A program made the position numbers and the translations under genes. Shown piece after piece: positions 34,700-43,574 of a stretch of DNA of 64,000 nt. Positions within the stretch are counted from its first letter, which is position 1, and each line of letters starts with the position of its first letter. Source of the stretch: Acetobacteraceae bacterium (GTDB lineage: Bacteria > Pseudomonadota > Alphaproteobacteria > Acetobacterales > Acetobacteraceae); assembly GCA_032249615.1 (NCBI GenBank), contig JAVVHH010000001.1:1122-65121 (forward strand), written 5' to 3'. Under the pieces are notes generated by a model that was not told the DNA's origin, did no database searches, and saw only the letters and a list, made by a program, of their open reading frames with translations.

Positions 34700-37330
34700 T
34701 CATTCGAGCTGGTAGCCGAACGCGCCGGATGCTTCGATGCCGACGCTCACATGTCGGATCGATTCACCCTCGGCTAGACGTCCGAGCACCTGTGCCGAGA
34801 GGTCCGGCAACAGCCCGCGCGAAAGGATGTTCTCCACGTTGCGGGCTCCCGAACTGCTTTCCGTGCAGCGCTTGGCGATCTCGTCGGCCAACTCGGGCTG
34901 CCAGGACATGGTGGCGCGATAACTTTCCCAAACGCGCTTGCGGATCCGCTCGAGTTGCATGTCGACGATGCGGCGGATGATGGCCGGCGAGAGCGGAAAG
35001 TAGGGCACCAGCGAGACGCGGCCGAGGAACGCGGGCTTGAAAAATTTCGCCAATTCCGGGCGCAGCGCCTCGGCGAGCCCCGTCGCATCCGGTGCGCTAT
35101 CCGGATCGGCGAACAGCTTGGCGATGAGATCGGTGCCGGCGTTGGACGTCATGATGATGACGGTGTTCTTGAAATCGATGTCGCGGCCTTCGCCGTCCTT
35201 CATGTTCCCCTTGTCGAATACTTGAAAGAACACGTCCTGCACGCCCGGATGGGCTTTTTCCATTTCGTCGAGCAGGATCACGGAGTAGGGCCGCCGGCGC
35301 ACCGCTTCAGTAAGGATTCCGCCCTCGCCGTAGCCGACGTAGCCCGGCGGGCTGCCCATCAGCAGGCTGACCTTATGCTCTTCCTTGAACTCGGTCATGT
35401 TGATGACGGAGATGTTCTGCTCGCCACCATAGAGCAGATCGGCCAGCGCCAGCGCCGTCTCGGTCTTGCCCACGCCGGACGTCCCCACCATCAGGAACAC
35501 CCCGATCGGCTTGCGCGGATCGGTCAGCTTGGCGCGGGAGGTTTGAATCGCCTGCGCCACCGCTTCGAGCGCGTGCGGCTGCCCGATGACCCGGGCCTCC
35601 AGCCGCTCCTTCAGGTTCAGCACGGTGCGGATCTCGTCGCTCCGCATGCGGCCGGCCGGAATGCCGGTCCAGCTCTCCACGATCTCGGCAACCGCCTGGC
35701 CGTCGACCACAGGATGGATCAGCGGATGCTCGCCCTGTAAGGCGTGCAACTCGGTCGTGAGCGTGGCCAATTGGTCGCGCGCGGCGGACTGGCCGACCGC
35801 GTCGCCGGTCGCCGTCTCCAGAATCTCGCGGGCCGAGGCCATGCCGGAGGTCAGCTCTTTCTCGCGGTTCCAGCGCTCGGTCAGCGTCCCCAACTGGGCC
35901 TGGGCGGCGTCCCGCTCGGTCTGCAATTCTTCCTGGCGCGCCTCGTTGGCGGCCCCGGCCAGAGCCTCCCGCTGCAGGATACCGAGTTCGGTGTCGATCA
36001 GCGCCGTGCGGCGCTGCAGGTCCTCGATGGCGGCCGGCACGGCGGCCTGGCTCATGCCCACGCGGGCGCAGGCCGTGTCGATCAGCGACACCGCTTTGTC
36101 CGGCAGTTGGCGGGAGGGGATGAAGCGGGCCGACAGCCGCACCGCCTCGCTGACCGCCTCGTCGAGGATGCGCACCTTGTGGTGCTTCTCGAGCGTGCCG
36201 ACGAGGCCGCGGATCATGGCGATCGCCATCGGCTCGGACGGTTCTTCGACGCGAACGGTCTGGAACCGCCGCGTCAGCGCCGCGTCCTTTTCGAAATACT
36301 TTTTGTACTCGGCCCAGGTCGTGGCCGCCACGGTGCGCAACTCGCCGCGGGCCAGGGCTGGCTTCAGCAAGTTGGCCGCGTCGCCTTGGCCAGCCGTCCC
36401 GCCAGCGCCGATCAATGTATGCGCCTCGTCGATGAACAGGATGATCGGCTTGGGGCTCGCTTTGACCTCTTCGATCACCGATTTGAGCCGGTTCTCGAAC
36501 TCGCCCTTCACCCCCGCCCCGGCCTGCAGTAGGCCGAGGTCGAGTGTCCGCAGCGTCACGTCCTTCAGCGCGGGCGGCACGTCGCCGGCGGCGATCCGCA
36601 GCGCGAAACCCTCCACCACGGCGGTCTTGCCCACCCCGGCCTCACCGGTCAGGATCGGGTTGTTCTGCCGCCGCCGGGTCAGGATGTCGATGACTTGGCG
36701 GATTTCGGAGTCACGTCCCAGAATGGGGTCGATCTTGCCGGCACGCGCTTTGGCCGTGAGGTCTTCGGTGAACTGGTCGAGCGACCCGCCGCCCCCGCCC
36801 GGAGCGCCGGCGGGGCGCTCGGCTCCCGGCTCGGTGGGAGTGGCGGAATCCGCCTCGGTCCCGCCCGCCGTGATCGTCAGCATGTCTTTCTTGAGCGCAT
36901 CCGGCGGGATGCGCGCGAACTGGCCGGAGATTTCTCTCGTCCGGCGGGCTAGCGTCTCGTCGGCCAGCAGTGCCCACAGAAGATGCCCCGAGCGGACGCG
37001 GGGAAGGCCTTGCTCGACCGAAGCGAGCAGCCACGCCTGCTTGGCGGCTTCCACGATATCGGGCGACAAGCTCGGCGCGCGCGCGTTGCCCGTCTTGATC
37101 TTGTCGATCGACTTGTTGAGGTCCGCGCGTAAACGACCCTCATCGACTTCGTAATGACGCAAGATTGCTTCAATGTCGCAACCCCTCACGTCTAATAATT
37201 TGGCCAGCCAGTGCTCTATTTCAACATTGTAATGGCTACGCGAAAGCGTAAACCCCGCCGCTGCCTCGAGTGCGCGCCGGCATGTCTCATTGAGGCGCCC
37301 GACCAGCGCTTTCAGTTCCAGTGTGGCCAT
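34700..37330 (-). CDS. clpV: T6SS AAA+ ATPase ClpV (TssH)
   Basis: 876 aa with a Clp N-domain and two AAA+ modules (GEAGVGKTAVVEG; MVGTSGVGKTETA). Confidence 0.95.
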   Translation of the reverse strand: MATLELKALVGRLNETCRRALEAAAGFTLSRSHYNVEIEHWLAKLLDVRGCDIEAILRHYEVDEGRLRADLNKSIDKIKTGNARAPSLSPDIVEAAKQAWLLASVEQGLPRVRSGHLLWALLADETLARRTREISGQFARIPPDALKKDMLTITAGGTEADSATPTEPGAERPAGAPGGGGGSLDQFTEDLTAKARAGKIDPILGRDSEIRQVIDILTRRRQNNPILTGEAGVGKTAVVEGFALRIAAGDVPPALKDVTLRTLDLGLLQAGAGVKGEFENRLKSVIEEVKASPKPIILFIDEAHTLIGAGGTAGQGDAANLLKPALARGELRTVAATTWAEYKKYFEKDAALTRRFQTVRVEEPSEPMAIAMIRGLVGTLEKHHKVRILDEAVSEAVRLSARFIPSRQLPDKAVSLIDTACARVGMSQAAVPAAIEDLQRRTALIDTELGILQREALAGAANEARQEELQTERDAAQAQLGTLTERWNREKELTSGMASAREILETATGDAVGQSAARDQLATLTTELHALQGEHPLIHPVVDGQAVAEIVESWTGIPAGRMRSDEIRTVLNLKERLEARVIGQPHALEAVAQAIQTSRAKLTDPRKPIGVFLMVGTSGVGKTETALALADLLYGGEQNISVINMTEFKEEHKVSLLMGSPPGYVGYGEGGILTEAVRRRPYSVILLDEMEKAHPGVQDVFFQVFDKGNMKDGEGRDIDFKNTVIIMTSNAGTDLIAKLFADPDSAPDATGLAEALRPELAKFFKPAFLGRVSLVPYFPLSPAIIRRIVDMQLERIRKRVWESYRATMSWQPELADEIAKRCTESSSGARNVENILSRGLLPDLSAQVLGRLAEGESIRHVSVGIEASGAFGYQLE

Positions 37331-37440
37331 ACCCTAAAAACCACTCCCAGTCGCGCTGTTTCTCATGTCGTTACTACAAGCTAAAGGTATCGCGCGGGGG
37401 TGTCTAGACCCAGACCGCCTCGAATCAGGAGCGAAGTATC

Positions 37441-38565
37441 GTGTCACCCGACTTGAACCTGGACGTCCCATCGTTGCTCGCGCCGTTCGAGGGCGAGTCG
37501 CCGTGCGGAACGGATCCGCGCGAGGACGCATCCGGGCAGTCTCTCTACTACCGCCTGCGCGATGCGCGCGCGGAGGCCCGCGATGCCGAGCGCCGGGCCG
37601 ATGGCGGCGATGGCGATGACAGCGGCGCGTCGCCGCAGCAATGGCGGACCGTGCGCGAGCTCTCGACCAAAATCCTGCGCGAGCGCGCGAAAGACCTCGA
37701 AGTCGCGGCGTGGCTCACGGAAGCGCTCGTCCGCGAAGCGGGGGTCGCCGGGCTCACGGCGGGAGCCACGATCATGCGCGAGTTGGCCGCCGCGTTCTGG
37801 GACTCGGGATTGTTCCCCACCCCGGACGAGGATGGCATCGCCACGCTCGTCGCGCCGATCTCCGGCCTGAGCGGCGTGACCTCGGAAGGAACGCTCGCGC
37901 AGCCGCTGCGCAAGCAGGTGATGTTCACCCGCCCCGACGGTTCGGAGGTCACGTTCTGGCAATTCGCCCAATCTGTCGAGGTAGAAGGGATCGGCGACGC
38001 CGCCCGCAAGAAGGCGCGTCTCGATGCCGGCGTCCCCGTGTTCAGTGCGCTCGACAAGGAAGCCAGATCCGCAGGCGCCAAGCATTTCGTGGCACTTCGC
38101 GGGCAGCTGGACGAGGCCCTGCTGGCCTGGAACACGATGGCGTCGGTGTTGGACGAGAAAGCGGGGGTCGATGCTCCGTCCACCGGCCGGGTGAAGGAAT
38201 TGCTCGCGAGCTTCGAGGCTGGCATCGGCAGCTATGCGCCGCCCCGCGTCGCGGGGGGAGCCGAGGAGGAGCAGGCAGCCCCCGAGCAAACCACCGCCGA
38301 GCCCGGCGCCGCCGGTCCGGTGCAGATGGTCGCGGCTTCCCGTCCCGTCACACGCGAGGACATGCTCGGCGAGCTCGCGCGCATCGCCGACTACTTCCGG
38401 AAGTCGGAGCCGCAATCGCCGCTCTCGCTCACCTTGGAAGAGGCGGTTCGGCGGGCCCGGTTGAGCTGGCCCGAATTGCTGGCGGAGGTCGTGTCCGACA
38501 CGGCGACCCGCAACGCGATGCTGACGCAGCTGGGGATCCGTCCTCCGCCGCCGCCGGAGGCGTAG
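37441..38565 (+). CDS. tssA: T6SS protein TssA (ImpA N-terminal domain family)
   Basis: 374 aa with a GTG start after GGAG; LLAPFEGESPCGTDPREDASGQSLYYRLRDAR...ERAKDLEVAAWLTEAL is ImpA_N. Confidence 0.9.
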   Translation: MSPDLNLDVPSLLAPFEGESPCGTDPREDASGQSLYYRLRDARAEARDAERRADGGDGDDSGASPQQWRTVRELSTKILRERAKDLEVAAWLTEALVREAGVAGLTAGATIMRELAAAFWDSGLFPTPDEDGIATLVAPISGLSGVTSEGTLAQPLRKQVMFTRPDGSEVTFWQFAQSVEVEGIGDAARKKARLDAGVPVFSALDKEARSAGAKHFVALRGQLDEALLAWNTMASVLDEKAGVDAPSTGRVKELLASFEAGIGSYAPPRVAGGAEEEQAAPEQTTAEPGAAGPVQMVAASRPVTREDMLGELARIADYFRKSEPQSPLSLTLEEAVRRARLSWPELLAEVVSDTATRNAMLTQLGIRPPPPPEA

Positions 38566-38572
38566 CCGCCCG

Positions 38573-41500
38573 TCAGGCGTGCGGTTGCGCGACCGGAAAG
38601 GCGATCAGCTCGCCCGCGGCCTGGAAATGCGCACGCTGGCTGTGGCGGCGCTGGGCCGCGAGCGTGCCGACCCGGTCGCGCACGTAGCGGCATAATTCGA
38701 GGGCATCCAGCACGCCGCCGCTGGCCGGCGCCAGGCCGGTCAGCCCCTCCTTGACCGCGTGCCCGAACACGCCGTTCACGTCATCATAGCCGTCGAGAGC
38801 CTCCTCGTCGGAGCCGGATGCGGTCAACACGTAGCGGCCGGTCTCGTGCCCGAGGCGTCCGCCAACCTGCAGGTCGATCGCGTTGGCAAAGCACGTGTCC
38901 AGCATCAGCAGCGTGCGCGCCGCGCGGATGTTGGACAGCAGCCCGACGATGTCGTCCGCCGGCAGGCAGCCCTCCCCCCGATCGAGCGCGCCGTTCGCAT
39001 CGGTCACATTGGCCGTCACGAAGGCATAGTCGCCGCGGACGGACACGCCGTGACCGGACAGGTAGATCAACACGGCGTCGTCGCGTTCTGCCCGGAGCGC
39101 GATGTCCATCAGCGCGTTGCGCACCGCGTCGCGCGTTGCCGCCTCGTCGCGGAGAACGATCGGGGTGGCCAGCGCATCGTAGGCGCGCGGCAGCACTTGC
39201 GCGATCGTGGTCGCGAAGGTGCTCGCGTCCGACACGGCATAGCGCAGCGCGGGGATGGTCCCCGTGTAGCGGTCGATGCCCGCCGCGAGCACGCGCAGGG
39301 TCCCCGGGGTCGTGGCCGGGGCGGTCGCAGCGGCGGGCTCGCCCGGCGCGGTCAGCCGCCGGGTCACGACCACAGGCGCCGTCCGGTTGAAGCTGTTGGC
39401 GGCGCCGTAAGCGCGGAACTCGATCCGCGCCTCCTTCGACGGCAGGAAAACGATCTGCTCGGCCTGGGCGCCGGGCTTGTGGAACGCGCGTCCGGCGTTG
39501 ATGCCATTGACGAACGCATCGACCATGACCGGCGAGAATGAGGCCGAGACATCCAGCCGGACCCGGACCGCCTGCGTCGCGGGGTCGACCTCCACCGCGC
39601 CGCTGCCACCGGGCAGCGCGCGCTGCAGATCGTGGCAGGCCGCCGGCGCGGGAGGGTCCGGCTGGCTATCCAGCGTCGCGAGAAGGCGGGAGCGGCGCGC
39701 CCGCTCGGACACGTCGTCGCTGCCGCAGATCTGCAGCACCCGGATGGTGGGGGCGGTGTCGGCCGCCGCGGCCTTGAGCGCGGGCGCCACGTTTTGCCCC
39801 GCCTCGGCCCAGTGCGCGCCGGGCCGGGCCATGCCGCTCACGGCGGCCGGATCGTAGAGCTGGCGGTAGTGCTGGTCGATCGTCATCCAGCGGCTGGTCA
39901 GCGCCGCGGGATCGCTGCTGTCGTAGCGCCCGTTCTCGTGGAGGCCGACAAGGGTCTCGCCGCCGAGGTCGCTGTAGGCGAAGCGCCCGTCGTTACGCCA
40001 CGCGACCCATTTGCGGCGGTCCTGCTCGACGAAAACGCCACCGAGTTCGTGCAGCAGTGCGCCGGACGCCAACCCGTACCATCGCAATGTCCCGTCGCCA
40101 TGCGCCGCGACGATGATCCGGCCGTTGCCTGCGAAGCCGACCGCCCAGGCGGGGGTCGCGAGAAGGCGGCGCGCGAGCTCCGCCCCCTTGGCGTCGAGCA
40201 GAACGAGCGTCTCCTGCGTGCCGATCACAATCTGGCCGGTGCCGGGCGCGACGTCGCTCGACCGCACCCGCTCGCCGCGCCGCTCGAGATCGGGCGGCAG
40301 GCGGGCGAGGCCGGGTCCCGGCCTGTGCGAGGCCGTGCGCGGGGACGCCTCGGACAATTTGAGCTGCGCCAAGTCGAACCGCAGCGGTGGCTGGCCGGTC
40401 CCCGCCTGGAACTCCACCGCTTCGCCTGACTCGTCCACCTTCCAGCGGAGGCGTTCCGTCTCGCGGAAATCCAGCCGCTCCGACCGGCTCGCGTCGACGG
40501 TCAGCCGCATGGCGGCCCGCCCGACGGCGACCCGGCCCCAGCTCGCATCGGTGCTGCCGAACACCACCCCGCCGGCCGGGTGCCGCGACAGGCTGGCGAG
40601 ACTATCGTGGGCGACGAGCGCGCTGAGCGGATGGCCCGCCTGGCCGCCCTGCCATGCCAGCAGGAGATTGCCGCCGCCCGCCCTCTCCATCGTTCCGCCG
40701 GCGAACAGCCACTCGGCGCCATCGCCGCCCGTGCCCCAGGCGACGAGCGCCAGATTGCCGGGCCCGAACTCAGGCGGTGGCTCGATCAGGTTCAGGCGGC
40801 TGCTCTTTTGGTCGAGAACGGCGACGCTCCGGCGGTCGGAGAAGCCGATGGCGATGCGGTCGCCCGCCGCCGAAAACGCGAGCGACACCGGGCGACCCGG
40901 CAGGCGGCTTTCGAGCGACGCGGCCTGCAGCCTTGCCTCTTCCGTGACCGGGTAGAGCCGCAGAAGGTTCTTCTGCAGCAGCGTCGCGATGCTGCCCCCA
41001 TCGGGCGAGAAGGCCACCGCAACCATCGGGTTCGAGGGGTCGGCCGCCGACGCGAACCCGATCTTGACCGCGAGATCGGCGTCGTAGCGCAATACCGCGA
41101 GCCCCTCGAGCTCGGTGGCCAGCGCGACCACGCCGCCCCGAGGCGAGACGGCGAGCCCCGGATAGCGCCAGGCGTTGCTGGGCCGGCTGCCGATCGCCCG
41201 CCGGATCGCCCCGGTTGCGACGTCGAAGACGTAGATGATGCCGCGTGGCGCGCTGACCCAGTCGACCGCGGTGACGAACAGCAGCGCCGCATCCGGCGAG
41301 AAATCGAGCGCATCGATGCTGCCCACCTGGCCCTCTCCCAAAGGCGGGTGCCAGCGCCGGAGCAGCCGCCCGGTCTGGCCGCTCCAGATTCGGATGGAGC
41401 GGTCGGCACCGCCCGTGGCGACGAGAGCGCCGTCTGCCGAAACCGCCGTGGCCCGCACGGCGCCGAGATGGGCCGTCGTATCGGGCAGCAGCATCGGATC

Positions 41501-41638
41501 TTGCGAAGGCTGCGGTCTAATTTGTCCCCTAGCCGACGGCGGAAAACCGGCCAGGGCCCCGCCGGCGCAGGCGGCGCCCATCGCGAGGGCCGTGCGGCGA
41601 CGGATGGCGAAAGGGCCAGGGACGTGGGGACCGGTCAT
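38573..41638 (-). CDS. Exported WD40/beta-propeller protein with a C-terminal caspase-like (peptidase C14) domain
   Basis: 1021 aa. The N-terminus FAIRRRTALAMGAACAGGALAGFPPSARG is Tat/Sec signal-like. WD-like repeats include GGADRSIRIWSGQTGRLL and AAHGDGTLRWYGLASGALL. The C-terminal region ...DDAVLIYLSGHGVSVRGDY...RTLLMLDTCFAN carries the caspase His (SGHG) and Cys (DTC) dyad contexts. Confidence 0.85.
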   Translation of the reverse strand: MTGPHVPGPFAIRRRTALAMGAACAGGALAGFPPSARGQIRPQPSQDPMLLPDTTAHLGAVRATAVSADGALVATGGADRSIRIWSGQTGRLLRRWHPPLGEGQVGSIDALDFSPDAALLFVTAVDWVSAPRGIIYVFDVATGAIRRAIGSRPSNAWRYPGLAVSPRGGVVALATELEGLAVLRYDADLAVKIGFASAADPSNPMVAVAFSPDGGSIATLLQKNLLRLYPVTEEARLQAASLESRLPGRPVSLAFSAAGDRIAIGFSDRRSVAVLDQKSSRLNLIEPPPEFGPGNLALVAWGTGGDGAEWLFAGGTMERAGGGNLLLAWQGGQAGHPLSALVAHDSLASLSRHPAGGVVFGSTDASWGRVAVGRAAMRLTVDASRSERLDFRETERLRWKVDESGEAVEFQAGTGQPPLRFDLAQLKLSEASPRTASHRPGPGLARLPPDLERRGERVRSSDVAPGTGQIVIGTQETLVLLDAKGAELARRLLATPAWAVGFAGNGRIIVAAHGDGTLRWYGLASGALLHELGGVFVEQDRRKWVAWRNDGRFAYSDLGGETLVGLHENGRYDSSDPAALTSRWMTIDQHYRQLYDPAAVSGMARPGAHWAEAGQNVAPALKAAAADTAPTIRVLQICGSDDVSERARRSRLLATLDSQPDPPAPAACHDLQRALPGGSGAVEVDPATQAVRVRLDVSASFSPVMVDAFVNGINAGRAFHKPGAQAEQIVFLPSKEARIEFRAYGAANSFNRTAPVVVTRRLTAPGEPAAATAPATTPGTLRVLAAGIDRYTGTIPALRYAVSDASTFATTIAQVLPRAYDALATPIVLRDEAATRDAVRNALMDIALRAERDDAVLIYLSGHGVSVRGDYAFVTANVTDANGALDRGEGCLPADDIVGLLSNIRAARTLLMLDTCFANAIDLQVGGRLGHETGRYVLTASGSDEEALDGYDDVNGVFGHAVKEGLTGLAPASGGVLDALELCRYVRDRVGTLAAQRRHSQRAHFQAAGELIAFPVAQPHA

Positions 41639-42414
41639 GCCTCCCGCACGGCGGCGGAGGGTAGCAGGCTTGAGATGACGTCGAAGGCGCGTTCGCGCAC
41701 GGAGGAATCGACGGTCGCCGCCTGCGTGACGAGCGCCTTTTGGTTGGTCTGCACGGTCCGCCGAACCTGCGCCACCTCGGCCCGGCGCGGCGAGGACACC
41801 GGCTCGGCGCCCAGGCGCGTGTCGACGTCCGCAATCGCCGCTTGGAAACGCTGGGCTCGGGCGCTCAGCTGCGCATTGACGTCACGCGCGACGGCCGCGT
41901 CCGCGAGCGCCTGCGATCTGATCTCGGAGGCTCGCTCGGTCGCCTCCGGGCGCGTGATGCGCCGTGCCCGCAAGTCGCGGCGCAAGTGGGCAATCTCCTG
42001 CCGACGGCAGCGCACGAGACCGTCGAAGCTGGCTGCGAAATCCTGGATCAGTGCCGTGTCCTGATTGGCGCTGGCGGACAGGTCTTGCAGCATCGAGCCG
42101 AGACTGGAGGCGAGCGAGCCGACCGAAGGGATTTGAGAAGCGAGCGAATTGGTAAGGAGCCGGCCGAGCTCGGAGTTGGCGGCCGACGACGCGCCCTCGA
42201 GCGATTGCCGGTTCCGCTCGTTCGAGACTGCGTCCTGGCTGACGGCATAGAAACGCTGCCGCTGGCCCGAGCACGCGCCGTAATCCGGCGGCGGAGCCGG
42301 GATTCCCGAGTTGGCCGGGCCGAACTGTGGGGCGCAGCCGACAAGGCCGGTCGCCCCGATCGCCAACCATGTCGTCGCTGCCGCCACCCGGACGAATCCA
42401 AGCCTGGATGGCAT
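41635..42414 (-). CDS. Hypothetical lipoprotein (helical, Ser/Ala/Gln-rich), overlapping the caspase gene
   Basis: 259 aa with a lipobox-like AIGATGLVGC. Its stop overlaps the ATG of the downstream WD40-caspase gene (4-nt overlap). Confidence 0.75.
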   Translation of the reverse strand: MPSRLGFVRVAAATTWLAIGATGLVGCAPQFGPANSGIPAPPPDYGACSGQRQRFYAVSQDAVSNERNRQSLEGASSAANSELGRLLTNSLASQIPSVGSLASSLGSMLQDLSASANQDTALIQDFAASFDGLVRCRRQEIAHLRRDLRARRITRPEATERASEIRSQALADAAVARDVNAQLSARAQRFQAAIADVDTRLGAEPVSSPRRAEVAQVRRTVQTNQKALVTQAATVDSSVRERAFDVISSLLPSAAVREA

Positions 42415-42487
42415 CGCCTATCTCCCGATCGTTATTGCAACAGAATTGCGCACTCAACCGGTTAAAGGCAACACGGCCGCCGACCCG

Positions 42488-43129
42488 CTACTGGCTCGCC
42501 CAGATGATGCGATGGAGCCAAGCGACCTCCGTCACCTCGAAGCTCCGGTCGCGATGCGCCGGGTTGAGGCTCTTGAGTTCGATGCGCTTGGCCGATTTGC
42601 GGGTGAGCTGCTTGGCCATGACTTCGCCGGCCCAGGTCTTCGCGACCACGCGGTCCCCCCGGCGGATGGGCGCGGACGGTGAGACGACCACCATGTCGCC
42701 TTCGCGGAACACCGGTTCCATGCTGTCCCCGGAGATCTCGAGCGCATAGGCGTTGGGGTCGCCGATCTCCGGCACGCTGACCTCGTCCCAGCTGCCGCCG
42801 ACCGGGAAGCCGCCATCGTCGAAGAAACCGTCGCCGCCCGCCTGCGCGAGCCCGAGCAGCGGGATTCGGTTCGGCAGCCGGATGGAGTTGACGGCCCGGG
42901 GCGAGCCGGTGACGAGCGCGGTGAACGCCTCCATCGACTCGCCGACCGCGCCGAGGACCTTGGCGATGCTCTCCGTGCTTGGCCAGCGAAGCCGGCCGTC
43001 CGGCATCCGGCGCTTGCTCGGATTGAACGTCGTCGCGTCGAGGCCGGACCGTTTGGCCAGGCCGGAGGGCGACAATCCGTGCTCCGCCGCGAGCGTGTCC
43101 AAGGCTCGCCAAATGTCATCGTGCTTCAT
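42488..43129 (-). CDS. HTH (XRE-like) plus S24 LexA/CI-type peptidase-domain repressor
   Basis: MKHDDIWRALDTLAAEHGLSPSGLAKRSGLDATTF is the HTH region. ...YALEISGDSMEPVFREGDMVVVSP...VVAKTWAGEVMAKQL contains the S24 Ser (GDSM) and Lys contexts. It is not a canonical LexA sequence. The ATG at 43129 is preferred over the track start at 43165. Confidence 0.85.
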   Translation of the reverse strand: MKHDDIWRALDTLAAEHGLSPSGLAKRSGLDATTFNPSKRRMPDGRLRWPSTESIAKVLGAVGESMEAFTALVTGSPRAVNSIRLPNRIPLLGLAQAGGDGFFDDGGFPVGGSWDEVSVPEIGDPNAYALEISGDSMEPVFREGDMVVVSPSAPIRRGDRVVAKTWAGEVMAKQLTRKSAKRIELKSLNPAHRDRSFEVTEVAWLHRIIWASQ

Positions 43130-43210
43130 AACAAAGAGTGTGCCTAGGAATTTAGACCGTGGCAACTGGGAAAATGAGCCTGGACGCTCTTGTTTGCGCG
43201 GAGCGAGAAT

Positions 43211-43225
43211 GTTCTTGTTTAGTTC
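43211..43225. promoter_or_regulatory. GTTC-N7-GTTC direct repeat matching the alphaproteobacterial LexA (SOS) box
   Basis: gaatGTTCttgtttaGTTCtcat, 19 nt upstream of ATG 43244 and 82 nt upstream of the divergent repressor start at 43129. Confidence 0.45.
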
Positions 43226-43243
43226 TCATCAGAGGACCGCAGA

Positions 43244-43573
43244 ATGCAACCGTCCATCGAGCCCGCCCGCCCGTTTGCCTCCGTCGAGGCCGCCTGGTTT
43301 TCCACGGCCCGTGCTCTGCAAAGCGGACGGGGTGCGCACGACCACGTCGACGGAGTCCTCCGCTGCCTCGATCGGCTCTATCGCAACCGCCGGATAGAAC
43401 TGCTGCACGCGCGCATTCTGCGGATCTGGGGCGGCCGCGGCATCGCCCCCAACCCGGCCTATCCCCGCGAGCGCAGCGACTGGCGGATTTGGCGGGAAGC
43501 GCTCGACCGCCTTGAAGGCCCGTTGCGCGCCCAGGGCATCGTCGTCCACTGCCAGCCCGCGCCGGCCGAATGA
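43244..43573 (+). CDS. Hypothetical 109-aa protein divergent from the S24 repressor
   Basis: GC3-rich, gene-like codon usage. An AGAGGA RBS lies 7 nt before the ATG. I recognise no domain. Confidence 0.6.
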   Translation: MQPSIEPARPFASVEAAWFSTARALQSGRGAHDHVDGVLRCLDRLYRNRRIELLHARILRIWGGRGIAPNPAYPRERSDWRIWREALDRLEGPLRAQGIVVHCQPAPAE

Positions 43574-43574
43574 T

